Shown piece by piece: positions 20,765 through 31,748 of a stretch of DNA of 64,000 bases. This DNA comes from an uncultured Bacilli bacterium. Its GTDB lineage: Bacteria > Bacillota_I > Bacilli_A > RF39 > UBA660. Each line of letters starts with the position of its first letter. Positions within the stretch are counted from its first letter, which is position 1. A program made the translations under genes and the position numbers. The notes below the pieces were generated by a model, which worked only from the letters and a program-made list of their open reading frames with translations, had not been told where the DNA came from and did no database searches. The stretch spans positions 6,897 through 70,896 of the forward strand of contig CAKOPG010000008.1 in assembly GCA_934098745.1 (NCBI GenBank), read 5' to 3'.

Positions 20765-21724
20765 ATGAAAAAAATAATATTTATATGTCCATATTTTGGC
20801 AAGTTACCAAGTGAGCATATGGATTTATGGTTACAGTCATGTTCGATGAATCCCACTATTAATTGGCTTATTTTTACTAATGATCAAACGAAATATAATT
20901 ATCCTAAGAATGTCAATGTAGTATATATGACATTAGATGAATTTAAGAGCGATATTCAAAAAAAGTTCGATTTTCCAATTTTTTTGGATAACGCCTATAA
21001 ACTATGCGATTATAAGCCAACGTATGGATATATACTTTCGGATTATATAAAAAAATATGATTTTTGGGGATATTGTGATATGTCAGATTGTATATTCGGA
21101 GATATTAGAAAATTCATCACAGATGATTTACTAAATAAGTATGATAAAATTGGCTTTTTGGGACACCTAACAATATATAAAAATCGCGATGATATTAATA
21201 AGAGATTTATGATGGAAACAAAAGCAAATATATCATATAAAGATGTTTTAAGTTCAAGTAATAATATGGCCTTTGATGAATCAAATAACTACAGTATTAA
21301 TACTATTTACAACGAAAATAATTTTAGTCGTTATAGAATAGATAATTACTACTATGACATTTCTCCATTATCATACCCGTTCAGAAGAGCCGTTTATGAT
21401 AATAATTACAGTTATAAGTGTCTGAAAAAAATACCTACAGTATTTAAATGGGAAAATGGCAGATTGTTTGAATTGTCTATAGTAAATAATCAGCTTAAAA
21501 AATCTGAGTTATTATACGTCCATTTTCAAAAAAGAAAAATGGCAAAAGATTTTGAAGGCTTAAAGAAAATTTATTATATTATTCCCAATAAATTTACAAC
21601 AAAAGTAAATCCTGATAATTTAAGACAAATAAAAAAAGTTTCTAGATTCAAACCTTATCTTCAGTTTTTTAAATTGAAATATAAGTCATTAAAATATAGA
21701 ATCAAAAAAATAGTTGGTGATTAA
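20765..21724 (+). CDS. putative glycosyltransferase of an uncharacterised family common in polysaccharide loci
   Basis: ATG at 20765 after an AAAGGTGAG RBS. The N-terminal IIFICPYFGKLP....LWL.SC..N....W.IFTND pattern recurs in capsule/EPS loci. Function is inferred from context only. Confidence 0.5.
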   Translation: MKKIIFICPYFGKLPSEHMDLWLQSCSMNPTINWLIFTNDQTKYNYPKNVNVVYMTLDEFKSDIQKKFDFPIFLDNAYKLCDYKPTYGYILSDYIKKYDFWGYCDMSDCIFGDIRKFITDDLLNKYDKIGFLGHLTIYKNRDDINKRFMMETKANISYKDVLSSSNNMAFDESNNYSINTIYNENNFSRYRIDNYYYDISPLSYPFRRAVYDNNYSYKCLKKIPTVFKWENGRLFELSIVNNQLKKSELLYVHFQKRKMAKDFEGLKKIYYIIPNKFTTKVNPDNLRQIKKVSRFKPYLQFFKLKYKSLKYRIKKIVGD

Positions 21725-21726
21725 TA

Positions 21727-22899
21727 ATGAGTAGTGTGTGTGAAAAAAAGAATTGTACTGGTTGTATGGCATGTTATAATATTTGCCCCCGAAAAGCTAT
21801 TAGCATAAAATCTTATAAAGGATTTTACTATCCTGAAATTAATGAAGAAAAATGTATTAATTGTGGTTTGTGTAGAAAGACATGTCCAGCATTAAATCCG
21901 ATTAAAAAAAACAAACCAATGGATAACAAGTGTTATGCTCTCTTGAATAAAGAAAAAAAAATAAGAGATAACAGTTCTTCTGGAGGAGTTTTTTATGAAC
22001 TAGCCAAGTATATTATTAATACTGGTGGAGTTGTGTATGGCGCCAGTTGGGATGAATCACTAGTTGTTAATCACATCAGAATTGATAAACCAGTCAAAAT
22101 ATCTTTACTTCAAGGAAGTAAATATGTGCAAAGTAATATTAAGGATATATTCAAATCTGTTAAACAAGATTTAGATAATAAAAAACAAGTTTTATTTTCT
22201 GGTGTTCCTTGTCAAATCTCTGGTTTAAAATTATTTTTAAAGAAGAAATACGAAAATTTATATACTGTTGAAGTATTATGTCATGGTAGTGCGAGTCCTA
22301 TAGTGTTTGAAGAACACAAAAAATATTTAGAAAAAAAATATAATGATAAATTAAAAGCAATAAACTTTAGATTTAAGACTGAAAAAAAATGTCAGAATAT
22401 TGAATATAATTTTCAAAACAGCAAAATACTTCTTGAGGATCCCCTAAAAGATTATTATTACTTAGGATTTCAGGATGGAACTTTGGACAGAGACTGTTGC
22501 TATAATTGCAAATATGTTGGCATAGAAAGATGCTCAGATATTACTTTGGCGGACTTTTGGGGATTAAAAGATGATTCTTTTGCTTGTAAAGATAAATTGA
22601 GCTATCCTTCTTTGATATTTATTAATACCACTAAAGGACTAGATTTGTTTAATTCAATTAAAGATAAATTTGAAATAAAAGAAAGACCAATTCAAGAAGC
22701 AATTGATGGGAACTTGTCATTAAGAAGAGCCGTCCCCAATAATAAAGTTAAAGAAAAATTTTTAGTTGAATATGATAAAAAAGGTTATGAAATAGCGGCT
22801 CAAAAATATTTAATTATTAAAAAAGATTATAAATATTATATAAAAAAAATACTAGGAAGAAAAATTTCCCAAGTTCTAATGAAGGTGATGAAGCGATGA
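21727..22899 (+). CDS. FrhB/FdhB-like (coenzyme F420 hydrogenase beta-subunit family) 2x[4Fe-4S] protein
   Basis: 390 aa. CTGCMACYNICP and CINCGLCRKTCP ferredoxin motifs and a C-terminal Cys cluster. This family typically pairs with polysaccharide pyruvyl transferases. Confidence 0.7.
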   Translation: MSSVCEKKNCTGCMACYNICPRKAISIKSYKGFYYPEINEEKCINCGLCRKTCPALNPIKKNKPMDNKCYALLNKEKKIRDNSSSGGVFYELAKYIINTGGVVYGASWDESLVVNHIRIDKPVKISLLQGSKYVQSNIKDIFKSVKQDLDNKKQVLFSGVPCQISGLKLFLKKKYENLYTVEVLCHGSASPIVFEEHKKYLEKKYNDKLKAINFRFKTEKKCQNIEYNFQNSKILLEDPLKDYYYLGFQDGTLDRDCCYNCKYVGIERCSDITLADFWGLKDDSFACKDKLSYPSLIFINTTKGLDLFNSIKDKFEIKERPIQEAIDGNLSLRRAVPNNKVKEKFLVEYDKKGYEIAAQKYLIIKKDYKYYIKKILGRKISQVLMKVMKR

Positions 22900-24062
22900 A
22901 AAAAATAGGAGTTATTACTTTTCATGATCCCATAAGTTACGGTGCTAACTTGCAATGTTTGGGATTACAACTTTATTTAAGAAGTCTAGGTTATGACGTC
23001 AGAGTAATTGATTATTCTATGAATTCATATTTAGAATACAAAAACAAAAATAAAATTAAAAGGAATTTAATAAGAATATATCATCTTGTTAAAAATCCTT
23101 TCAATTTTATAAAATATAGACTTAATGCCCAAAAAATATCTAGAGAAAAAGAAAAATATAAGAAAAATCTAAATATAAGGAATCTAAATTTTAAACAATT
23201 TCAAAAAGATAATTATATTTATTCTGAAAAAAAATATAACACTATATCTCAACTAAAGAATGATCCGCCAAAATATGATGTATATATATGCGGAAGTGAT
23301 CAAATATGGAACCCCAATTTTTGTGAAATGGACGATAACTATTTTTTAAGTTTTGCACCTCAGGGAAAAAGAATTTCCTATGCCCCAAGTTTTGGTGTAA
23401 GTAGTATACCATTTTATGCCAAAGAAAAGTATAAAAAGAATTTATTAGGTATTGACTATTTATCAATAAGAGAACAAACAGGAGCTAAGATAATAAATAA
23501 ATTAATTAAAAAAGAGGCCCAAATTGTTATAGACCCAACATTTTTAGTAAATAAAGATGAATGGTTTAAACTTGCTGATAAATCTAATATTAAAACTCCC
23601 AAAAAATATATATTAACATATTTTATAGGTATTGATGAGTATATTGAAAATTATATTGCAATGATAAAAGAACAATTCAATGACATCGAAATTATTGATT
23701 TGATCTTTGACAAAACTTCATATGGACCATATGATTTTCTAAAGTTAATTAAAAATGCCGCATTCGTTTTTACAAATTCGTTTCATGGAGTTGCATTTTG
23801 TATTAACATGAATATACCATTTGCCGTTGGCAAAACACTTAAAGATAAATCAAAAAACAGTGCATTTTCCAGAATTGATGATTTATTAAATGATTTAGAA
23901 CTACAATCAAGAATTTGCGATGAAAATACTCAAATTAATAAAGAATTTTTAAAATTGGACTATAAACCAATCAATAAGAGACTTGAAAAAATTGTAGCTG
24001 ACTCTAAAAAATTCTTAGAAGATTCCATTAAGAACATAGAAAAGAATAATAAAGAGTTATAA
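22896..24062 (+). CDS. polysaccharide pyruvyl transferase (CsaB/WcaK family)
   Basis: 388 aa. N-terminal IGVITFHD..SYGANLQCLGL and SFHGVAFCI blocks. Overlaps the preceding gene by 4 nt. Confidence 0.75.
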   Translation: MKKIGVITFHDPISYGANLQCLGLQLYLRSLGYDVRVIDYSMNSYLEYKNKNKIKRNLIRIYHLVKNPFNFIKYRLNAQKISREKEKYKKNLNIRNLNFKQFQKDNYIYSEKKYNTISQLKNDPPKYDVYICGSDQIWNPNFCEMDDNYFLSFAPQGKRISYAPSFGVSSIPFYAKEKYKKNLLGIDYLSIREQTGAKIINKLIKKEAQIVIDPTFLVNKDEWFKLADKSNIKTPKKYILTYFIGIDEYIENYIAMIKEQFNDIEIIDLIFDKTSYGPYDFLKLIKNAAFVFTNSFHGVAFCINMNIPFAVGKTLKDKSKNSAFSRIDDLLNDLELQSRICDENTQINKEFLKLDYKPINKRLEKIVADSKKFLEDSIKNIEKNNKEL

Positions 24063-24104
24063 TTATATTAGTCACAACAGAAATTATGAGAAGGAGGACT
24101 ATAA

Positions 24105-25535
24105 ATGAGCCAAGAACATAAAGAATCAAGAGAACTAGTTAATAATACTTTAATTTTCGGCTTTGGTACTGTCGTATCTAAAGTAATAATGTTTATTCTT
24201 CTACCAATATATACTATTTATTTATCAAAATCAGAACTTGGTGAAGGAGAACTGGTTGTAAATTTTATGAATTTAATATATCCGATTGCAACAATAAATA
24301 TTATTAGTGCATTATTAAGATACAGTATGGATGAATTAGTTTCTCCCAAAAAAGTTTTACAAAATACAATTATTGTTACAATTTTAGGCATTATAATAGC
24401 CTCAATATTAATTTTTATCATCAATATTAATAGTTCTATTTCCAATTGGAAAATATATTTATGCTCTTTATTGTTATGTTATTCAATTACTCAAATTTTC
24501 TCAGTTTTTTCTAAGGCTTTAAATAAAATAAAAGAATTTGCTATTGGTAATATTTTATATACAATGATGCTCTTGGTCTTAACATTTGTTTTTCTTGTAA
24601 TTTTTAACTTGAAGACCTCTGGCTATTTATTAGCAATAATAATATCTAATATAATAACTTTTATTTATTTTTTCTTCAAACTTGATTTAAAAAAGTATAT
24701 TACGTTTGAGAAAATAGATAAGAAATTATTAATTGAAATGGTGTGTTTTTCCATACCATTAATCATTAATTCTATATCATGGTGGCTTACTACCTTTTGC
24801 GATAGGTTTGTTATTGAACAATATTTAGGAACCGCTGCCGTTGGTCTATATTCAGTTTCTTCAAAAATTCCAACTATTGTTTCAACCATAGCAGCTATTT
24901 TTATGCAAGCATGGGTATTATCAGCTATTAAGGCTTACCAAAATAATAAAAATTATTTTTTTGACGATATATTTAAAAAGTTCAGTGTTTTGTTTTTAAC
25001 TTGGGCAGCAATTATAATAGCCATTTCAAAAATATTGATGTCTATTCTCATAGGTTCAAGCTTTAGTAGTAGTTTTGAATTTGTACCATATTTAATATGC
25101 GCATCTATTTTTATGGGATTTGGAAACTTTTTTGCAGCATTATATACATCTGCCAAAAAAAATACATCAATTATGCTTACAACTATAATTGGTGCTCTAA
25201 TTAATATCATTTTAAACTTTATGCTTATTCCTAAAATAGGCATTCAAGGTGCCGTATATGCTACAATGATATCCCAAATTATTGTCATGGCATATAGAAT
25301 GATTGACTCTAGAAGATTTATCAAATTTAAACTCAATCTTCTAAGATTACTATTAGTTTTTTCATTGATAGTCTTAGAGTCCTACGTTGTAATAAATCCT
25401 AATTATTATTACTTTGGATTTGTTATAATGATTATAGTTATAACTATTTACCATAAAGATTTAATAAATTTAGCAAAATTTGGAAAAGAATATATTAAAG
25501 GAGTATTAAGAAATGTTAAAAAAAGTAAGAATTAG
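24105..25535 (+). CDS. wzx: Wzx-type polysaccharide flippase (MOP superfamily)
   Basis: 476 aa, about 12-14 TM helices, positioned in the locus between transferases and the polymerase. Confidence 0.75.
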   Translation: MSQEHKESRELVNNTLIFGFGTVVSKVIMFILLPIYTIYLSKSELGEGELVVNFMNLIYPIATINIISALLRYSMDELVSPKKVLQNTIIVTILGIIIASILIFIININSSISNWKIYLCSLLLCYSITQIFSVFSKALNKIKEFAIGNILYTMMLLVLTFVFLVIFNLKTSGYLLAIIISNIITFIYFFFKLDLKKYITFEKIDKKLLIEMVCFSIPLIINSISWWLTTFCDRFVIEQYLGTAAVGLYSVSSKIPTIVSTIAAIFMQAWVLSAIKAYQNNKNYFFDDIFKKFSVLFLTWAAIIIAISKILMSILIGSSFSSSFEFVPYLICASIFMGFGNFFAALYTSAKKNTSIMLTTIIGALINIILNFMLIPKIGIQGAVYATMISQIIVMAYRMIDSRRFIKFKLNLLRLLLVFSLIVLESYVVINPNYYYFGFVIMIIVITIYHKDLINLAKFGKEYIKGVLRNVKKSKN

Positions 25536-26898
25536 TAAGTCAAATGTTTTTTCTGCTATGATATGGTTGTTATTAATATCTATTGTAGCTATTTTCAATG
25601 AAAAATTACCAATTAGATCTAGCTTTATAGTAATTTCTTTTTTTGCATTTAATTTGCTTATTAGTTTTTTTCCTAAACAAATAAGATGTTCTCTTCCTAT
25701 GATTATTTACAGAGCAACTGGTTTAATAAGATATATAGTTATTCCTATTATAATGGTCCAACAAAATATCTCTCTATCATATACCCCAGAAATAAAGTTA
25801 TTAATGACGTTAGAATTATTAGGAATATTAACTGGAACACTATTTTTTCATAGAAAGAAAAACATCAATCATATTATTGAATCCAATACTTTAAAAAACA
25901 GCATTGATACCAAATTAAAACTTGGGCTTCCTGCTTTAGCCATAATGCTTATCGGCGCTATATTAATTATTTATAACAGAAGTTATATAGAGAGATATTT
26001 GATGATTGGGGCTTCCAAAAGTGCAACCGTTGATACCTACGGAGGAATTGCTGTTTTACTTGCTTGTTTCTTCTTGCTATCTTATATTGGATGTTTAAAA
26101 TTTATAAAAAATAAAATTAAAATTTCTGACACATTTAAAGTGACTTTGTCTGTATTAATTAGTGTTATTTACATTATTGGTTCTTCAATTACTGAAAATA
26201 ATGTATCTAGATGGAGTATGCTGATTTCTGGAATTATTGCTTATATGTATATGACAAGATTGTACCCTAAACATACAAAAAAATTAATGGTTCTTTTGGT
26301 AGTGGTTGTTTTGTTCTCAGTAACATTTGCTTCAACTATGAAATTCACTTGGAATGATAATTATAGTACATTAAGTGGAACAATTGAAGAACAGCTTAGA
26401 TTTAAAACCTTAAATGCATATTTTTCTGGCCCTCAGAACATGCAAGTTGCTTTAGATTTAAAAAATGAATTAGATGATTCCAATATATCTAAATTGGATA
26501 TATTTATATCTGATACTTTTGGTAATTTTCCAGTATTAAATAGATTTTTAAGCAACACTGCACATCAATCTTCAATACTATTTAATTATAAGTACTATAA
26601 TTCATCTATCGCTACTGATCAAATAATACCATATTCTTGCCAGTTATATAATGTTTTCTGGATATTCTTTGTAATATTAGAAATTATTCAAGTTTATCTA
26701 TCTTATTATTATTATTTTCTTTGCAAAGAGAACAATAACTTTTTAAATATCTTTTGTTGTATATATATGTCATTCTTTTTATCTTTAGTCAATTGTGTTA
26801 ATTATTCTATTGTAATGCAATCATTATGGATACACGTTCTACCAATTTATATAATTTATAAAATTAATAACAAAACTATTATTAAACAGTCTTCTTAA
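25513..26898 (+). CDS. Wzy-like polysaccharide polymerase (polytopic membrane protein)
   Basis: 461 aa, more than 10 TM helices with a large loop in the C-terminal half. Follows Wzx. No sequence motif beyond topology and context. Confidence 0.55.
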   Translation: MLKKVRISKSNVFSAMIWLLLISIVAIFNEKLPIRSSFIVISFFAFNLLISFFPKQIRCSLPMIIYRATGLIRYIVIPIIMVQQNISLSYTPEIKLLMTLELLGILTGTLFFHRKKNINHIIESNTLKNSIDTKLKLGLPALAIMLIGAILIIYNRSYIERYLMIGASKSATVDTYGGIAVLLACFFLLSYIGCLKFIKNKIKISDTFKVTLSVLISVIYIIGSSITENNVSRWSMLISGIIAYMYMTRLYPKHTKKLMVLLVVVVLFSVTFASTMKFTWNDNYSTLSGTIEEQLRFKTLNAYFSGPQNMQVALDLKNELDDSNISKLDIFISDTFGNFPVLNRFLSNTAHQSSILFNYKYYNSSIATDQIIPYSCQLYNVFWIFFVILEIIQVYLSYYYYFLCKENNNFLNIFCCIYMSFFLSLVNCVNYSIVMQSLWIHVLPIYIIYKINNKTIIKQSS

Positions 26899-27003
26899 AG
26901 AGATACAACCTGAAAGAGAAAAATAATTTATTATAAGTTTTCATGACTATGTATGTCTTGAAGACTAGCCTCGAGATGAGGCAGGAAAGGAATAAAACTT
27001 AAA

Positions 27004-27807
27004 ATGAAAAAACCTTTAGTATCAGTTATAATGGCTGAATATAATACTGATGTTGAATTATTGAAAGATAGTATAAATTCTATTATTAATCAAACATATA
27101 GCAATTTAGAATTAATTTTAATTGATGATTGTGGAAAAAATTCGAGTTTGTTAGATAAGATAGTTGCTGATGTTAACGATAAAAGAGTCAAACTATATAA
27201 AAACAAAGTAAATAAAGGACTAACATATTCCCTTAATAGGGCCATTGACCTTTCTCGTGGAGAATATATAGCTAGAATGGATACTGATGATTTTTCATAT
27301 CCAAACAGAATTGAAGAAGAAATGGCGTTCTTTATAGAACATCCAGAATATGACTTAATAGGCTCAAGATGTGATTTTTATGATGGCAAAGAAATTTGGG
27401 GTGAAAGCAAAGATCATGGAGAGGTTACTAGAGAAAAATTATTAAATGGCTGTCCACTAGTTCATCCTAGTGTTATCTATAGAAAAAGTTCAATAAAAGA
27501 AATTGGATGCTATAAAGATTATAAAAGAAGTGAAGATTATGCCACTTGGATAACTTTATTTGTTAATAAGCATCGAATGTTTGTAATTGATAAAAAATTA
27601 ATTAGATATCATTTATCAATAGAAGATTACCAAAAAAGAACTCTAAAAACCAGAAAACAATTTTTCAATGTTTTAAAAAATGAATACTTGCAATTAAATC
27701 CTAAAAAGATTGATATTATTAAAATTAAATTGAAAACAGTGATAGCAGGTACAATTCCTTGGAAATTAATGTTTGCTTATCATAAAAAAGTATTTAAAAT
27801 TAAATAA
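27004..27807 (+). CDS. glycosyltransferase family 2
   Basis: 267 aa. VSVIMAEYNT, IDDCG, RMDTDD (DxD) and HPSV blocks of GT-A family 2. Confidence 0.85.
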   Translation: MKKPLVSVIMAEYNTDVELLKDSINSIINQTYSNLELILIDDCGKNSSLLDKIVADVNDKRVKLYKNKVNKGLTYSLNRAIDLSRGEYIARMDTDDFSYPNRIEEEMAFFIEHPEYDLIGSRCDFYDGKEIWGESKDHGEVTREKLLNGCPLVHPSVIYRKSSIKEIGCYKDYKRSEDYATWITLFVNKHRMFVIDKKLIRYHLSIEDYQKRTLKTRKQFFNVLKNEYLQLNPKKIDIIKIKLKTVIAGTIPWKLMFAYHKKVFKIK

Positions 27808-28038
27808 TATCTTTTTATTAATAATTACTTTATATAATAATAAATTAGTGGCATCAACAATATTAATTTTACTTTTTTCTACAAGCATATACTATATAAA
27901 CAATACATTTTTAAATATAATCAATCTAATTATAATAATTTGCTATTCTGTCTTTCTAAATAAAAATACAGTAGTAAAATTATATCATAGTATATTTAAT
28001 AAATAATATAAAAACATACAGGAGAATTATATTGAAAT

Positions 28039-28449
28039 ATGAAAAATAAACCATCAACAATCCTCATGCTCCTCTGGATGCTTCTAATCTTTACTATGTC
28101 ATCCTTTGATGCTACTGAGTCAGCTAACCAATCTAATTTTATTGTAAACATAATTACAAATATTTTTAAAATAGAAAACATTGAAGTACTAAGCTTTATA
28201 ATTAGAAAACTAGCACATTTTACTGAGTATCTAATCTTAGGAGTACTAGTAATAAATATGTTTACCAAAAATAACCTTTCTAAAACATATTTATTATCTA
28301 TAATATTATGTGTTATATATGCTACTAGTGATGAAATACATCAATTATTCATACCAGGAAGAGTTTGTCAAATAAAAGATATCTTAATTGATAGTGTAGG
28401 TTCTATTACTGGTATCTATCTATATAAATTATTAATAAAAAGAAAATAA
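28039..28449 (+). CDS. VanZ-like family membrane protein
   Basis: 136 aa, four TM helices. KLAHFTEYLILG and SDEIHQLFIPGR motifs. Confidence 0.8.
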   Translation: MKNKPSTILMLLWMLLIFTMSSFDATESANQSNFIVNIITNIFKIENIEVLSFIIRKLAHFTEYLILGVLVINMFTKNNLSKTYLLSIILCVIYATSDEIHQLFIPGRVCQIKDILIDSVGSITGIYLYKLLIKRK

Positions 28450-28756
28450 TAGTTCTTTGTCAAATAGTGGGTATAACCCAAAATAGTGCTAAAGAAATTT
28501 GAATAAGTAAGTGCTAATTTGCCCTTACTTTTTTTACAAATAGAAATTAGTGAACATTTTATTTATACCCACTAAATATTATAAAATCATTATTTTTAAA
28601 ATTCTAATATAATGCCGGTTATAAAGAACTGCATAGCAGAAAAACAATCAATAACAAAACTAATAAACAAATATCAACAATAAGCCTTCTTCTGTTATAA
28701 AACAATTATTCAAACATATAAATCTTCCATATACTATCCTAGAGGTAAGTGATATT

Positions 28757-30631
28757 ATGGATATAATTAATAACAAAAAAGTTATCGTATATAATTCTCA
28801 AGAATTAAAAGAAGCTTTAGAAAATGATAATAACTATAACTACATATATCTAGGTAGTAATATAACTTTAGATAGCGGTATAACCATTAATAATAATAAA
28901 GAAAAAGTAACTATATGTGGGACCTACCTTAATAATAGATATACCTTAACTGGTATCAATAGCAGTGAAGAAACTGATACTATTAATGTCAGTATCAATA
29001 ATAAAGAAATATATATAAAAAGTATCAACATCGACTATACCAATATATATGGGGTTATAAATGTCCCAGCCGATACTACTTATTCCGGAATAATCGTTAC
29101 ATATAATGACATTGCTTTTAATGGTACCCAATTATCTTTTAATCCTTATGGGACTACCAAAATAATAGATTCTATTATTACTATAGAAGATAAAAATGAG
29201 GTATCAGCTCAAGAAGTATGCGAATCAGACAGTGTTATAATTGGCGGAACAACCATCATAAGTAGTAATGCCAAGAATAACCCACTATTTCTTTTTAGAA
29301 ATGATACGAGTAGTCCAAGAATAGTTTTTTTATGTAAAAGTGATATTAAATTGAGTACTACTTATAGAGAATTTATGTATGGTACGATTAAACTAAATTT
29401 TACTATCTTACACGATACGAATGTTTTACTAGTTACATATAATGGTTTTTCCGGCAACACAATATATGGAACTAATAATGTTTTAATAGATGAAAGAGCC
29501 GCTTTAACTTTCATTGAAAACAATCATCAAAGAATACCAATGTGGTCTATCTATGGAAATTTTACCATGAAAGAAAGTTCTAAGCTAGAATTAATTAACT
29601 CTTACGAAAATACTCCATCAGATAACTACAATATGCATTTTAAAGGTAATAATTGTAAATTGACCCTAGATAATCCCGAATCTGTCGTAATATATACTAA
29701 AAATGCGAATGTAATATATACCAATAATACATTATCTTTTGATATAAAATGTCGAAGAATTAATATGTGGAATAATTCAACTGCATTATCCAGTGCCGGT
29801 AATATAACTAATCTTCCGGATTATTATTGGTATAAAGAAACAGGTTTAGTAAGATTTGAAGGCATTATTTCATCAAGCTTAACAGCTATTACTAATCATA
29901 ACTTAACCAAAGATGAACTTAGTAAATTATCAGATATAGGTAATTTTTCTTTTCAATCACGAAAGCAATTTTCTATTGGTGGTATTACCACTAACGTCCA
30001 TCAAATCGATAGTACTAAAAATACAATAAGTGGCCACACTACCGCAAATTGTGATGTTTTAATTAAATATAGTGATGTTGAAACAACGATTACATCCGAT
30101 AGTGATGGATTATTTGAATATAATCTTACTAACAGTATTCCTGATAATACCGCCGTTTCCATAACAGTTAATCTTCCAGGTAGCTTTATTTATGAAACTA
30201 GATCATTAACAACCCCTTATAATGGCGAATTATCTTTACTTGATACCACCGCTATGTTTACCTTTTTTCTAGTTCCGATCTCATCTAATCCGCTTATTTT
30301 TCCTAAAGATAGAAGTTTAGAAATTAAAGTAGTCGATAGCCGGTTAACTAGTTCTAATTGGCGTCTTTATGCTTATACTGACGGCCCTTTAACTTCCTCA
30401 CTTGGATATACCTTAAATGATGCCTTAGTATTTAAAAAATTAAATAATGAAATAATCACTTTAAATGAAACCCCACAATTAGTTTTCTCTGGTACCAGTA
30501 CATCTGGTTTAGCAGAATTAACCAAAATTACTTGGTCTACCGACAAAGGCCCATTATTAAATCTTGATAATAATTTTTTAGAAGCTAATGAAGAATATTT
30601 TGGTGTAATACATTTTACTTTAACTGAATAA
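28757..30631 (+). CDS. large beta-rich protein of unknown function (beta-helix-like N-terminal region)
   Basis: 624-aa ORF rich in N/T/S/I. The N-terminus (VYNSQELKEALEN....IYLGSNITL) resembles the start of pectate-lyase-like adhesin domains. No signal peptide is visible. Confidence 0.55.
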   Translation: MDIINNKKVIVYNSQELKEALENDNNYNYIYLGSNITLDSGITINNNKEKVTICGTYLNNRYTLTGINSSEETDTINVSINNKEIYIKSINIDYTNIYGVINVPADTTYSGIIVTYNDIAFNGTQLSFNPYGTTKIIDSIITIEDKNEVSAQEVCESDSVIIGGTTIISSNAKNNPLFLFRNDTSSPRIVFLCKSDIKLSTTYREFMYGTIKLNFTILHDTNVLLVTYNGFSGNTIYGTNNVLIDERAALTFIENNHQRIPMWSIYGNFTMKESSKLELINSYENTPSDNYNMHFKGNNCKLTLDNPESVVIYTKNANVIYTNNTLSFDIKCRRINMWNNSTALSSAGNITNLPDYYWYKETGLVRFEGIISSSLTAITNHNLTKDELSKLSDIGNFSFQSRKQFSIGGITTNVHQIDSTKNTISGHTTANCDVLIKYSDVETTITSDSDGLFEYNLTNSIPDNTAVSITVNLPGSFIYETRSLTTPYNGELSLLDTTAMFTFFLVPISSNPLIFPKDRSLEIKVVDSRLTSSNWRLYAYTDGPLTSSLGYTLNDALVFKKLNNEIITLNETPQLVFSGTSTSGLAELTKITWSTDKGPLLNLDNNFLEANEEYFGVIHFTLTE

Positions 30632-30774
30632 CCTTTACTTATCATAAAAAATTATGTTATACTAGTGATAGATAATCAATATAACTACCAATAAAGAAGT
30701 ATTATTTATAAACAATGCATTAGTATATATTAGATACTTAAAATAGTATATAATTCTATTAAGGAGGTAATTTG

Positions 30775-31581
30775 ATGGAATATATAAGAAACAATGGTAC
30801 TAAAGTCATCGTCGAAGGCGATAAAGTTCAATATGAAGGCGGAAAAATACGAAAAAATCCCATCGGTGCCAATTTTATCAACGGTGCCATTATTAGTGGT
30901 TATCTTTCTTCCTTCAATGGTTCATTTGAAGATGAATTAATAGGTATAGAAAGTGGTTTAGGTGATATTGTCAATACCAAAATAGGGAATATTAAAGAAG
31001 CTTATGTATTGCTGAAATCAAAAATTGTTGATATTAATAATTCCAATATTTATGAATTATCTCGTATAGTCTTAGAAACCGTAGATGAATTTTTTGGCGG
31101 ATTTGCTAATACAGATGCCAGACATACTTATTATTATTCAGAAGATTTTGCTGAAAGTAAAGATAATAAAATATCTAATTTAAAAGGAACAGGAGCCGCA
31201 ATGTGTGTTGAACGATCTGCTCTAGCTCAAAATTTATTACATTTTTTAGGAATAAATAGTTTCTTTAAAACATCAGGTATCATAAGAAATAACAATAAAG
31301 AAGTCCATAGTTATAATCTAATAGAATTTGCTGGAAAATACTATATATTTGATACCTCAATACCAAATTTAATAGAAAATCAAATTAGTCCTTTAATAGC
31401 TGAGATAGATAAAGAAACCTTCACTTTATTAAGTTCCCCAATCTCAGATATGGGAGTATCAACTACTGTATCTCATTATAATCCATACCGAGATATTGAT
31501 GTAACTATTACATACGATAGTGGTAGAAAAAACCACGTAGAAGTTGCTTCTTTAGACAAAGTAAACAAAAAACATTTATAG
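30775..31581 (+). CDS. transglutaminase-like (papain-fold Cys-His-Asp) protein
   Basis: ATG at 30775, 7 nt after an AGGAGG RBS. GAAMCVERSALAQNLL (Cys), EVHSYNLI (His) and YIFDTS (Asp) have the spacing typical of the transglutaminase-like superfamily. Confidence 0.6.
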   Translation: MEYIRNNGTKVIVEGDKVQYEGGKIRKNPIGANFINGAIISGYLSSFNGSFEDELIGIESGLGDIVNTKIGNIKEAYVLLKSKIVDINNSNIYELSRIVLETVDEFFGGFANTDARHTYYYSEDFAESKDNKISNLKGTGAAMCVERSALAQNLLHFLGINSFFKTSGIIRNNNKEVHSYNLIEFAGKYYIFDTSIPNLIENQISPLIAEIDKETFTLLSSPISDMGVSTTVSHYNPYRDIDVTITYDSGRKNHVEVASLDKVNKKHL

Positions 31582-31748
31582 TTAATATTTAAAATGATTA
31601 ATAAAGTTCCACTAAAAAGATTTTATCATTAGCTAGTAAAGCATACTTTTAGAGTATTTATTCTAACAAAATAATGTTTAATTCTAATTAAAAATGTGTT
31701 ATATTAATAATAGGTGGTAAACACTACCATCAGTAAAGGAGCGTTTTT

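Noticed and set aside
21904-21961. A8 and A9 homopolymer runs inside the FrhB-like gene, considered as slipped-strand phase-variation tracts.
   Set aside because: Lys-rich AAA codons make such runs common throughout this AT-rich genome. The reading frame is intact and nothing distinguishes these runs from many others.
27773-28268. ORFs 27773..28006 (+) and 27996..28268 (-) between the GT2 and vanZ genes.
   Set aside because: The first overlaps the GT2 3' end, has no RBS and is just I/L/N/Y-rich AT-driven sequence. The second is antisense to the well-supported VanZ gene.
28465-28574. 12-bp inverted repeat tagtgggtataa / ttatacccacta flanking the vanZ terminator, considered as a second invertible element.
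   Set aside because: 12 bp within 100 nt is near chance expectation in 64 kb of AT-rich DNA. The enclosed segment contains a terminator hairpin but no convincing promoter.
30250-30631. C-terminal WxL-type cell-wall-binding domain in the 624-aa protein (SNWRLYAY... and ...GVIHFTLTE).
   Set aside because: The protein lacks a signal peptide and the second motif has F instead of W. The resemblance is too weak to call without a profile search.
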